A DNA stretch of 64,000 nucleotides from Dictyostelium discoideum (taxonomy: Eukaryota), in NCBI GenBank assembly GCA_000004695.1, contig CM000154.2, positions 1,440,001-1,504,000 on the forward strand, in the 5' to 3' direction. Shown one piece after another: positions 27,682 to 40,100 of this stretch; positions within the stretch are counted from its first letter, which is position 1, and every line of letters begins with the position of its first letter. Below the pieces are notes generated by a model. The model was not told the DNA's origin. It saw only the letters and a list, made by a program, of their open reading frames with translations, and did no database searches. A program made the translations under genes and the position numbers.

Positions 27682-28342
27682 TTATTTCTTTTTAAAGAAT
27701 TTTTTATTTTGTCTATGAGAATCAATTGAAGAAGGTATTTCCCTTTTATGGAATGATGGCATTGGAATTTTACGATCATTTGTTCTACCACCACGATCTG
27801 GTACTTTACCAACTAAGACTGAACCAGTTAATAGTTGAGAGGAAGCACTATGAGTACTAGTACGAATGATGTGTAATAAATCTTTATGAACATTTTTTAA
27901 ATCGAAAAATGAGTAATGATTGAGTGATGGTAATGCTTGAATGTAGTATCTAACGGATCTGTTGATCTCTTGAAGTTTGTCAGCGATACGTTCACTCCAA
28001 AGTAAAGATTCCACTGTTACGTCTAATCTTTTTTGAAGTACAATACTTCTTTTCTTATAATCTTGGTATAGAGAATCACTCATTTCTTGAATCTCTTGAA
28101 TTTGCTTCTCTGTAAATTCAGTATTCTTTAAAAATGGTTCACTCATAAAATCACTTGGTAAAAGTTTTAATGTCTCTTTAATCTTTTCATTAATTTGATT
28201 AATTGAATTTGAAAAATTATCAAAATTATTAAATTCAACATTAAATAAATCACTTAGTATTTGAATTTGATTAATTATAAAATCTTCATTATTAATTAAT
28301 TCAATATCTTTCATTTCTTCATCATTATTATTATTCTCATTA

Positions 28343-28397
<55 letters not shown>

Positions 28398-28641
28398 TTT
28401 TTAAAAATAATTCTAATTGAAAAGTTTGTAATTGTAAAAATAAAAATTCAATAAGAGATAATCTATTAAAGTATGAATCTTCAATATTTGTAATTTCTTG
28501 ATAATCACATTCTTTTAATAATTTTTCAAATGGTTCATTTAATTGTTGATTAAATTCTCCAGCTTTTTCAATTTTTTCCATTTTTGTTGGCCATTGAATA
28601 TTATAATAAACTGATAATTCTTTACCAATTGACCAAATTAA

Positions 28642-28675
<34 letters not shown>

Positions 28676-28913
28676 GGTTTGGTTTTTATGAAAGTTAATA
28701 GGGGAGGAAAAAAAAAGAAAAAATTTGGCAAGAATAAAAAAAAAAATAAAAATAAAACACATACTGATAAAGAAAATCGGATTTTCCCTTTTCAATAATA
28801 GATTTAAATGATTGTTCAGTTTGATCATTTATCCAATCACATTCTAATCTTAATAATGATATATCTTCAATAATTCTTTGTAATCTAAAACTTTCAAATG
28901 ATTGTTGTTCCAT
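27682..28913 (-). CDS. Coiled-coil protein with poly-N tract, 2 exons, function unknown
   Basis: Structure is complement(join(27682..28645,28765..28913)). Exon 1 is MEQQSFESFRLQRIIEDISLLRLECDWINDQTEQSFKSIIEKGKSDFLYQ, ending CA|GTATGT. The acceptor follows a poly(A) tract (AG|AGAATT), giving QELIWSIGKELSVYYNIQWPTKMEKIEKAGEFNQQLNEPFEKLLKECDYQEI ... SIVLQKRLDVTVESLLWSERIADKLQEINRSVRYYIQALPSLNHYS.... The frame is consistent with ORFs 28695..28913 and 27682..28731. Confidence 0.7.
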
Positions 28914-28950
28914 TTTTTATTTTTATTTTTTTTTATTACTATTTTTTTAT

Positions 28951-28985
<35 letters not shown>

Positions 28986-30618
28986 AAGAGCACACACCAA
29001 AAATTTGAAAAAAAAAACAAAATAATAATATAATTTTTTTTTTTTTGGAAATTTTTTTTTTAAAAAAAATTTCTTATTTTCACTGTTTCATTTTTGATAA
29101 AAATATAAAAAAAAAACTTAAAAAAAAGGAAAAACTGAATAATAACTGTTTTTTTTAAAACATATGATTTATTCTATGTAAATAATAGTAAATTAATAAC
29201 CTATCATTGAATGAACCCTGATTTTTTTTTTTTATTCAAAATAAAAAAATAAATAAAAAATAAATAAATAAATAAATAAATCACTTTAAAAAAACAGACC
29301 AAAATCTCTTTAAAATAGGGTGTTTTGTTTTTATTTTATGAACAAAAATTTGATATTTATTTTAGGAAAAACACTCAATTCAATAATTCTTTATGAATTT
29401 ATAAAACATTTAAAAATATTTTTAAAAACTACATTTATATCTAATATGTTAAAATAAAATAAAAAAAAAAAAGTTTTCTTTTGTATAATTTATTTATTTT
29501 TATTCATTTTTAATAATTTATTTTTATTTATATATTTTAAATATTAAAATAAAATGAAAAAATCTAAATATAATATTTTTTATAAATAGATATAAAAAAA
29601 TGATTAATTACATTTTTATGATTCGCGATCAAGAAAATATTTTTTTTTTTTAAATTTTCTTACCGAAAAAAGTTTCGGTTTTTTAATTTTTTTTTCTCTA
29701 GAGAAGTTCAGTTTCAAAAAGGCTTTTTATTTTATAAAAAAAAAAAAATTAAAATTTATTTTTTTTTTAATTTTTTTTTTTTAAATTTTTTTTTTTTTTC
29801 AAAAAATCGTCGAGCGGCCTGCGCTACAAAAGAAAATTTTTTCTATTTTTTTATTTTTTTTTTTTTTTAACTCTCGAGTGCAAAAAAAGGTTAGTAATAA
29901 ACTTTTGCTAAATATTTCTATTTTTATTTTTTTATTATTTATTTGTTTTAAAAATATCAATACTATTACCAATATATATTTATATACACACATACCCACA
30001 CACACAACATTAAAAAAAAAAAAAAATAATAAAATAAAAATAAAAAAAAAAAGTGAACATGTCAAGCGATAAAATAAATTTCTCACCTTTTGTGTTAAAG
30101 TGTGTTACAGCGATAGTGAAATAAATAAATAAAAATAATAATAAAATAATAATTAATTTTTTGTTTTTTGTTTTTTTTTTTTGTTTTTGTTTTTATTGAA
30201 TAAAAAAAAAAAAAAATTATAAAAACAATTACTTTTTTATTTTTTGTGTGTGTAAAATTTCCTATAATCGTAATTTCTCAACAATACTTTAGAAAAAAAA
30301 AAAAAAAAATAGTTTCACAAATGTAATTTATATTAAAAAAAAAAAAAAAAAACGAGTTTTCATTTTTTTTTTTTCATCACTCTTACATACACATTTTTTT
30401 TTTTTATTTTGTTATTGCAAACCTTCTCGAACTTTTTTTTTTTCAAAAAATAAAATAAATAAAAATTGTATTCTAATATTTTTTTTTCTTTAATTATTCT
30501 CAAAAAAAAATAATATAAATTTTTTTAAAAAAAAAACATTTAAATTTCTTTTTTACTTTTTTATATATATATATATACACATTTCAATTTTTTTAAAATA
30601 TAATTAGTAAAGTACAAA

Positions 30619-33138
30619 ATGGTTAATTTCACAATCGATCAAATTCGTGCCATTATGGACCGTCGTGAAAATATCAGAAATATGTCTGTTATTGCTCATG
30701 TCGATCACGGTAAAACCACTTTATCAGATTCTTTAATCCAAAGAGCTGGTATTATTGCCGATAAAGTTTCTGGTGATATGAGATATATGTCATGTCGTGC
30801 TGATGAACAAGAGCGTGGTATCACCATTAAATCTTCATCTGTATCACTTCACTTCGAAATGCCAAAGGAAGACAAATTACCAGCTGGTTGTACTTCACAC
30901 GAATTTTTAATCAATCTTATCGATTCCCCAGGTCACGTTGATTTCAGTTCAGAAGTAACTGCTGCCCTCCGTGTTACTGATGGTGCTTTAGTCGTTATCG
31001 ATTGCGTCGAAGGTGTTTGCGTACAAACCGAAACTGTATTACGTCAAGCCGTCGCTGAACGTATCAAACCAGTCTTATTCGTCAACAAAGTCGATCGTTT
31101 CTTATTAGAACTCCAATTAAACACTGAAGAAGCTTATCTCTCTTTCCGTAGAGCTATTGAATCCGTCAATGTCATTGTTGGTAACACTGAAGATAAGGAA
31201 TTCGGTGATGTCACTGTATCCCCAGAAAAAGGTACCGTCGCTTTCGGTTCTGGTCTCCACGGTTGGGGTTTCACCTTAGGTCGTTTCGCTAAATTATACG
31301 CTGCTAAATTTGGTGTCCCAGAAGATAAATTAATGGGTCGTTTATGGGGTGACAGCTATTTCGATGCTACCGCCAAGAAATGGACTTCCAATCCACAATC
31401 TGCCGATGGTAAAGCCTTACCAAGAGCTTTCTGTCAATTCGTTCTCGAACCAATCTACCAATTAACCAGAGCCATCGTTGATGAAGATGCCGTCAAACTC
31501 GAAAAGATGATGAAGACTCTCCAAATCACTTTAGCCCCAGAAGATGCTGAAATCAAAGGTAAACAATTAGTTAAAGCCGTCATGAGAAAATTCCTTCCAG
31601 CCGCCGATGCTATTTTATCTATGATTGTCACCCATTTACCATCACCATTAGTTGCCCAAAAGTACCGTTGTGCCAATCTCTATGAAGGTCCAATGGACGA
31701 TGAATGTGCCGTCGCCATTCAAAAATGTGATCCAAACGGTCCATTAATGATGTACGTATCAAAGATGGTTCCAACCTCTGATAAAGGTCGTTTCTATGCT
31801 TTCGGTCGTGTCTTCTCAGGTATCATCCGTACCGGTCAAAAGGTCAGAATTATGGGTGTCAACTACGTCCCAGGTAAGAAAGACGATTTATTCTTAAAAT
31901 CCATCCAACGTACCGTTCTTATGATGGGTAGAAAGACTGAACAAATTGAAGATTGTCCATGTGGTAACATTGTTGGTTTAGTCGGTGTCGATCAATTCCT
32001 TGTCAAATCTGGTACCATCACCACCTCTGAAGTTGCTCACAACATTCGTGTCATGAAATTCTCCGTATCACCAGTCGTCCGTGTTGCCGTCGAACCAAAG
32101 AATCCATCTGATTTACCAAAACTCGTCGAAGGTCTCAAACGTTTAGCCAAATCCGATCCATGTGTACTCTGTTACTCTGAAGAATCTGGTGAACACATCG
32201 TTGCCGGTGCTGGTGAACTCCATCTCGAAATTTGTCTTAAAGATCTTGCTGAAGATCACGCTGGTATTGAAATTAAAACCACCGATCCAGTCGTATCATT
32301 CAGAGAATCCGTCTCAGAAGAATCATCAATCATGTGTCTTTCTAAATCACCAAACAAACACAATCGTCTCTTCATGAAAGCTTCACCAATCTCTATGGAA
32401 TTACAAGATCTCATTGAAGCTGGTTCTGATATCTCATCCAAAGATGATCCAAAAGCTCGTGCTAACTATCTCGCTGATAACCACGAATGGGATAAAAATG
32501 ATGCCATGAACATTTGGTCTTTCGGTCCAGAAGGTAACGGTGCCAATCTCCTCGTCAATGTCACCAAAGGTGTTCAATATTTGAATGAAATTAAAGATTC
32601 TTTCGTTGGTGCTTTCCAATGGGCCACCAAAGAAGGTGTTGTTTGTGATGAAAACATGAGAGGTATCCGTTTCAATCTTTATGATGTCACCCTCCACACT
32701 GATGCCATCCACAGAGGTGGTGGTCAAATCATCCCAACTGCTCGTCGTGTACTCTATGCTGCTGAATTAACTGCCTCCCCAACTCTCTTAGAACCAATCT
32801 ACTTAGTAGAAATTACTGCCCCAGAAAACGCTATTGGTGGTATTTACTCTGTACTCAATCGTCGTAGAGGTATTGTTATTGGTGAAGAACGTCGTATCGG
32901 TTCCCCATTATTCTCTGTCAAAGCTCATTTACCAGTATTAGAATCCTTCGGTTTCACCGCTGATTTACGTTCCCACACTGCCGGTCAAGCTTTCCCACAA
33001 TGTGTCTTCGATCATTGGGCTTCAATTGGTGTTGTCAACAAAGATAAGAAAGCCACTGAAGTCGCTTTAGCCACCAGAAAGAGAAAAGGTTTAGCCCCAG
33101 AAATCCCAGATCTTGACAAATTCCACGAAAAACTCTAA
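30619..33138 (+). CDS. efbA: Translation elongation factor 2 (EF-2), single exon, 839 aa
   Basis: The ORF is 30619..33138. The N-terminus is [73 protein letters not shown]. The GTP-binding G motifs are present, and the diphthamide-region motif [25 protein letters not shown] and a canonical EF-2 C-terminus are also present. Codon usage is GC-rich for this genome, which fits a highly expressed gene. Confidence 0.97.
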   Translation: MVNFTIDQIRAIMDRRENIRNMSVIAHVDHGKTTLSDSLIQRAGIIADKVSGDMRYMSCRADEQERGITIKSSSVSLHFEMPKEDKLPAGCTSHEFLINLIDSPGHVDFSSEVTAALRVTDGALVVIDCVEGVCVQTETVLRQAVAERIKPVLFVNKVDRFLLELQLNTEEAYLSFRRAIESVNVIVGNTEDKEFGDVTVSPEKGTVAFGSGLHGWGFTLGRFAKLYAAKFGVPEDKLMGRLWGDSYFDATAKKWTSNPQSADGKALPRAFCQFVLEPIYQLTRAIVDEDAVKLEKMMKTLQITLAPEDAEIKGKQLVKAVMRKFLPAADAILSMIVTHLPSPLVAQKYRCANLYEGPMDDECAVAIQKCDPNGPLMMYVSKMVPTSDKGRFYAFGRVFSGIIRTGQKVRIMGVNYVPGKKDDLFLKSIQRTVLMMGRKTEQIEDCPCGNIVGLVGVDQFLVKSGTITTSEVAHNIRVMKFSVSPVVRVAVEPKNPSDLPKLVEGLKRLAKSDPCVLCYSEESGEHIVAGAGELHLEICLKDLAEDHAGIEIKTTDPVVSFRESVSEESSIMCLSKSPNKHNRLFMKASPISMELQDLIEAGSDISSKDDPKARANYLADNHEWDKNDAMNIWSFGPEGNGANLLVNVTKGVQYLNEIKDSFVGAFQWATKEGVVCDENMRGIRFNLYDVTLHTDAIHRGGGQIIPTARRVLYAAELTASPTLLEPIYLVEITAPENAIGGIYSVLNRRRGIVIGEERRIGSPLFSVKAHLPVLESFGFTADLRSHTAGQAFPQCVFDHWASIGVVNKDKKATEVALATRKRKGLAPEIPDLDKFHEKL

Positions 33139-33381
33139 ACAATTTAAGTCGCACTTTGAGTTTTCAAATATAGTAATCAAATCTAAAAAAAATTTTAAAA
33201 AAAAAATAATAAAAAAAAAAAAATTAAAAAAAATAATATTTGTTTTGTAATTTATTTTCTTTTTTTTTTAAATTGATGTCCATTTTTAATTTTTATTGTT
33301 TAATATTTCCAAGCCTTATTTGAATAAAAAAATACTTTGTCAAATTACAGTTTCTAATTTTTTTTTTAAAAAAAAAATATA

Positions 33382-33389
33382 ACCCATAA
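33382..33389 (+). promoter_or_regulatory. DUSE (Dictyostelium upstream sequence element, ACCCATAA) about 72 nt upstream of the Class I RNA start
   Basis: The sequence is an exact ACCCATAA within an otherwise A/T-only stretch. It is in the correct orientation and at an approximately correct distance upstream of the putative ncRNA 5' end at 33461. Confidence 0.5.
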
Positions 33390-33460
33390 TTTTTTTTTTT
33401 TTAAAAGTTTGGTAGAATTTAAATTTAGTTTGTGATTATTTTAATGTGTTTAACAAATAA

Positions 33461-33519
33461 GTTGGCCTTACAGCAAATTCTCACAAATTTTTACTGATTA
33501 AAAAAAACCCCTTGTCAAC
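33461..33519 (+). ncRNA. Class I RNA (Dictyostelid-specific small ncRNA)
   Basis: The sequence is GTTGG-CCTTACAGCAA-ATTCTCACAAATTTTTACTGATTAAAAAAAACCCCTTGTCAAC. The exact conserved 11-nt Class I motif CCTTACAGCAA lies immediately after a 5' GTTGG. This GTTGG can pair with the 3' TCAAC (33515..33519) to form the terminal stem characteristic of the class. The length is about 59 nt. A DUSE lies upstream. The location is the efbA/accA convergent intergenic region. Confidence 0.55.
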
Positions 33520-34053
33520 TGTCCACTTTTATTTTTTTTTTGTTTGTTGTCCTGAAACGGGGATAATTTTTTGTGAATGACAAATTATCCACTATTTAAT
33601 GTATCAGTGAAAAAAATTTAAAACAAGATCCAAGCAATTTTAAATTTCTAAACGATTTCTTTTGTAAAATTTACAGACTAAGAAAATTAACATGCAAAGC
33701 TTATTTTATTCTGGAATCTGTGCTTTCGAATATATTTACTTTGCCCAATTCATATAATTAACTACAATTTCAATATTAAATTTATCGATTTAATTCATTT
33801 AATTTAAAACATGGGTGTATTAAAAAAAAAAAAAAAAAAAAAAAATAATAATGCACTAAATTTTAAAATTCTTTATTTGCTAACTCAAACAAAAAAAAAA
33901 AAAAAAGAAAAACTACTTTACATTTTAAAATTAAAATTCATAAATAAAACTATTTCATTGTTTATTCCTTTAATGTATAAACACTGATTAATCAATATTA
34001 AAAAAAAAAAAAAAAAAAAAAAGTAAACCAACAAGTAAAAAAAAAAAGTACAA

Positions 34054-34089
<36 letters not shown>

Positions 34090-34121
34090 AATTTTTTAAT
34101 TTATTTATTATTACTTTTTTT

Positions 34122-37100
34122 TTATTTATTTAAATCTTTTTTCAAAGATTCAAATAAAAATTCTTTTTGTTGAGTTGAAATAAAAGGTAAAAGATTTTGG
34201 AAACCATCAACGATTGATTCTGAATCTGATTGAACAAAATTTAAAATTTGATTGATAGCATATTGTTTTGAAAGATCAATAATCTTATCATTAATTATAT
34301 GAGAATTTGATTCGATTGTTGAAGAAATTAATTTATCGTTTTGATGGTAATCAACTGATTGATTGTTACCAAGGATTTGTTTAATCCAAGTTTCCAATAG
34401 ATTCAATTTTGATTGACGATTTAAACCTGGATGAGATTTATCGATTAATTTTAATTTATCCTCTTCAAATAATCTTCTCTTTATACGATCATAGAAGAAG
34501 GAACGAGCCGATTTCCATGGTACCATTTGTTTAATAACACCCTTTGCTTTCATTCTACCTGGAGTATCATGAAGATCAGCAAATTTAATGGCAATTTGTT
34601 GATAAATACCCAAGAGTTCTTTTTCTCTTTGTTGAATTTGAGATTTAATGGTCTTTTGAGATTGATCCAAACCATTGACACTAACACCAATTGGAATTGA
34701 TTTATCCCATTCAATAAGTTTTGGATCTAAACGATGCATAGTTTTAATGAGTTCTGGATCTCTATATTTAATTTCAGCGATACCATTTGGTTCCAATACA
34801 CCACCTCTACCTTCTTCACTACAATACATTTCCATCATATCCAAATTGATTGTTGAATCTAAAACTACCCAAGCACCACCACGTAATTCAGCAAATGGTG
34901 GAATATAGACCATAACTGGTTGTTTATAGTTTCTAAGGTTATCGACAATCATTGAACCAAATTTAAGGATTTCATCAAACATATCTCTCATACCACCACT
35001 AAAACCTCTCCAATTGGCCAAGATCATCAATGGTAACTCTTCACCATTATTGAAATCAGCGATTGCTTGAGCGGTCTTGAATGAAGAATCTGGATACCAA
35101 ACTTGGCCTGCTTGAGTATTAACTTGTTCATAAGAGAGTGGATTTGCTGGATCAGCAGGAATGATCTTTTCAACACTCTTTGTCTCGACTGCAATGATAC
35201 CAACTGGAATACCACCTAACCTAGCACGACCAGTGATTACAGTATTTGCCCAGCCAGCCAATGTTTCCATGAAACTATCCTTATCAAACATACCAGAAAT
35301 CCAATAGTTTGGATCGAGTTCCGATTGTAAACCTGCAATCAAATGTCTAGTATCACATTTACCATTGATTGAATTGGAAGGATCAAATTCGATATCTCTG
35401 TGTGGTGAATCGATTGGTGAAATAATTGGTACCATTTCACCACCACTCTTTGGTACAAATGATAACCATTGAAGTACATTTGTAATACCACGAAGTTCAT
35501 CATTGACAATGATATGAGAAACACCATTTGGATACATAATTTGTGAACCACCCAATTGTTGATTGGATTCATAGACTTCTTTACCCAAAACTTTATTCAA
35601 AGCTGAAGCACCAGTTAAAATGATTGGAGCATCATTTTGAATGGTTCTTTGACCCAATCTAACTAGGTATGCACCAATACCAACTGAACGACCTGATACG
35701 AGTGTAATTGTAAAGATTTCATTGTAAGCTTGTGAGGTTTCACCAGCGATTAAACCTGACCAACTTAAATTTTCAACACCAATACCATTTTTTTGACCAA
35801 TGATATCATGAATGATCCATTTGTCTTTATCGGTAGTATCTTGATAAGCAATGACACTATCTTTTAATGCTTGATAATCGTTATTGGTTAAATAAAGGTT
35901 TTTAATACCTTTGGTTGGATCGGATGGAACGTTCCAAGTTACTTTAAATTTACTCTTAATTTCATCGGCTAAACCAATTCTAGCACCAGAATTTGAAGAT
36001 AAATAAATTCTTGGTATTTTTTCTTTTCTTGCCAATTCCGAAGCCAATTTAAATAACATATCTTCTTGTGGACCGAATGAACCAATTTGGTGAGTGATAT
36101 CATTAGCAATCACTATGGCCTGTCTACCTAATGGATATTCAGGAGTATAGAAAGTCATTCTCCAAGCTACCATACCAATATCATTGTAACCAATTGGACG
36201 ATAGGTTTCTTCAAGTTTTGGTTTACTCTCTTCTGGTAATTGATCCAATGGAATTGATGGTGGGAAATCAGTATTGATAGTAGATGGTAGAATCAATTCA
36301 ACACTTTCTAAAACACCACGAGATGATGGATAAACCTTGACAGGATTTGTTTTATTTGATTCCATAAATTCCATCCAAATGTTTTGCATTGCCTCTCTAA
36401 AGAGATCAGGATAATCATAACAATAGGTTGTATCTAAACGTTGAGCTTTAAATCTATTTCTTTGAACAGCATCCATAATTGGGTAAGGTGTATCAACTGG
36501 TAAACCTTCCCAACTACCTTTTGAACTACCAGGTACAACTGCGAAAACCATTTGACCAATTGAATTTTGTTGTTCATAATAGCATTGAACTTGGAAAGCA
36601 TAACCAGTTGGGTTTTGTACAAAGAAACGAACTGGAATTAAACCATCACCTTTTCTAATACGACCTCTAACCTCTACACGACCAACTCTAAGTTTCCAAA
36701 GTCTTTTACCTAAACGATCACCAATCTCTTGAACTACATAACCAATCATTTTCTCATCAAACATTACCTCTGGCATTACATTTAAAAATATTGAATGATT
36801 TTGTGCTTTTTCATACTTTTTATTTGACATTGCAATCTCTAATGATTCAATTGACTCTGAGAGTAGAGTTTCAATTTGTGATAATAAAATATCAACTTTA
36901 ATCTCATTGGAATGACCATATAGATCTGAATAACGAATAACTGAACGTACAAAGAAACTACGATCAGCATCCGGATCAGTTTCTTTCTTACCTTTCTCTT
37001 GAGCATAGTAGAGATGAATTCTTTGACTAGTGGTTGGAACGTGAGTTATATCGAAATTTGATAATTTTCTAACCTCTAAATGATAGGCCATAGCTGGTTC

Positions 37101-40100
37101 AATATGTCTAAAGATTGGATCCTCCATATACATATGACGTTCTCTAAAAGTGAAATATTTCAATGGTTTACCTTCATCACCACCACAACAAATAAATGTT
37201 ATACGACGAATACGTGCAATTGACAACTCTTTAATATAACCCTTTAATATTGATTGGAATGAAGAGATAGCTTGATTCTCTTGTGAGATTGATTCTGGAT
37301 AGATTGAAATGATAACACTAAGAATATCTGTACTTTCATTTGGTGAGAGGGATAATTGAGATTTCTTATTATTCTCTTCATTGTAGCGTGTTAAAATCAA
37401 TGGTAATTTCTCTTCAAATTTCTTTTCATTTTCAAAGAATACCATCATACCATAACGAAGTTTTGTTTGATCTTCCATTGCAGTTAATGAGTCAGTTGAA
37501 TCAGTTCTTAACATTGATAAACCATTAAAAATTGACATTGATGGTCTTGGTGAAATTTGGAAACCACTACCACCACTACTACCACCACTACTACTAATAG
37601 ATCTTATTAATGGTGAACCATAAGTTGGTGAGCCACTATTACTACCACCAAGATTTGATTGTTGTGGTAAATTAATATAGAAATGCCATTCAATGAATGA
37701 AAATCCACTTGATCCTTCATCATTTGATAGTGTAACTTTAGTATCTTCAACATAATAGGAACGATAACTATGACGTACATAAACTTCCATTGCTAATTTA
37801 CGAATATCATCATCATTATTTGATTCATTGAAAAACATTGGTATTAAAATATCACTAATTTCATTTGTTTGTTTTGATAATTTTGAAATTTTTTCATCCT
37901 TATTATCTTGAACTTTTTCATCAACTTGTTGTTGTTGTTCATTGTTTACATTTAAAATTGATTTTAATGAATTAATTAAATCATTTGATCTTTGTTTATT
38001 TGAAGGTAATTGAGAATGAACCATGATATGTTTAGCTTTTAAAGAGATTTCCATACAATTACCACCAAGTGATGATAATTTTTTAAATTGTTCAACGAAA
38101 TCACAAACTAAACCTTGTTCTTGAATTTTATTTAGTAATAATAAAATGAATTTATATTTTTTAGATTGTGGATGTAATGATTGAGCGATATCAACAACCT
38201 TTGAAATATTATCTTTATAGGTAGGTCTAATTGATTTTAAAACTGTTTGAATATTTTTATTTTGTAAATTAGTTTCAATTTGAATGAATTCTTCTAAATA
38301 ATTTTTAAAGATATTAATCGCAGCGAATGAAACACCATCATTATATTTCTCTGCTAATAAAATGATTGGTTTAATTAATAATTGAATTGCAATTGATAAT
38401 TGTTCATTCTCTAATAATAATTTATTTAAATATAATGAAATTGATAATTGTAAATTTTTTGAATTAAATAATTCACTATCATCTTCATCGTCGTCGTCAT
38501 TATTAAATTCAAATTTATTTAATTCATCATTAATTAATTTAAATAATGATTGTGGTATTCTTGACTGAACAATTGATAATTGTTCTTTAAATTCAAATAA
38601 TGGTAATTTTTGATTTGATAATTGTTTAATTGTATCATTTAAAAGTTGATTTAAATCATTTGATTCATAACCACATAAAACATTTGAAATTTTACCAAGA
38701 GTATAATTTAAGAGTTGATGTGGTTTATTACCAATTAGAGTTGGTGGTGACATTTTTGTAAGGGAACCAGTGAAAACGGTTGATTTTTGAATTGATGATT
38801 GGTCTGATAATTCCAAGTTAGCAATGATTGCACCAGGTGCCATTACTGAACCTTCAGTGAGTACGAATTTAATGATACCTTTCTCTGGTACTAACAATGG
38901 CATATACATTTTCATAACTTCAATCTCTGCAAATGGAGTACCTTTTACAACTAATGAACCATCATCAACCAAATAACGTACTAATTTACCAGGTGATGAG
39001 GTTCTAAGTATACTTGGATCATATTCTTGAGAGAAAACACAAGTTTTAGAGTCAATCATTAATGATAACCCAATTACATCCTCTCTACCATAACAAACAT
39101 GTGTTGAACCATTCAATAGAATTAATAAACCACTATCGGATAACATTATAACACTTGAATCGATTGAGACTGCACTTTTATCATTCTTTAAACAAACTGA
39201 ATAATTGTTTATACCAGTTCTTGAGACTTCAAATTGATATTTAACATTATTATAGATCAATTCAATTGGTAGCGAATTATTTAATAACTCCAAACTTGGT
39301 AATTGACCATTTGATAATTGATTTGAGAATTCTTGAATCTTTGTTGAGAAAATGGTTGAAGCTTTATAGATTGCACCACATAATACAACGATCATTGTTT
39401 CTGGTTTTTTAGTTTGAATCTTTTCACTAATCAATTGATCTAACCAACCGGTATGAATATGGTTCTCTTTGAAATCTTTACTCTCCAATAAATGAATGAT
39501 ATATTCCACTGGGGTTCTAATATCACCACGAATTGAAATCTCTTTTAGACCCAAAATAATGGTTTTTCTAGCTTCTTCTCTTGTTGCACCATTGGCAAAG
39601 ATATGACCAAATTGTGAATCTGCATACTCGTGAAGACCACCTTTAGCACCAACACTGAAATAACCCCAAATATTTGGTGTACTTCTAAAGGTGAGTTCAT
39701 GGATTTGACCAGACGTTGGTTTAAAACCCTCATCAGGATTTTCACCTGTGATTCTAACTGCAATACAATGACCAGCTGGTGGATTACGTTTAGTGAAATC
39801 GTGTAAATCAATCATTGAATCCCCATAGAGATCATCACCAGTACGACCATACAATTTTCTAATATCCGGTATTCTATGTAATGGTATACCCATTGCAATT
39901 TGTAATTGAGTTGCTGGTAAATTTACACCAGTGATTTGTTCAGTCACTGGATGTTCAACTTGAAGACGTGGATTCAATTCCAAAAAGTAATATTCTCCCT
40001 CTGCAAATAAATACTCTACTGTACCAGCACCAACATAACCAACCTCTTTGACTAAACGTACGGCGGCACGTTCCATCTCTTCCCAAACTTGTGGGGTTGG

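Noticed and set aside
31455-32727. Minus-strand ORFs inside efbA, and minus or plus small ORFs inside accA (34675..34908, 35027..35215, 39545..39811 and others)
   Set aside because: They are embedded in, or antisense to, long coding sequences that match their homologues well. They are chance ORFs in relatively GC-richer coding DNA.
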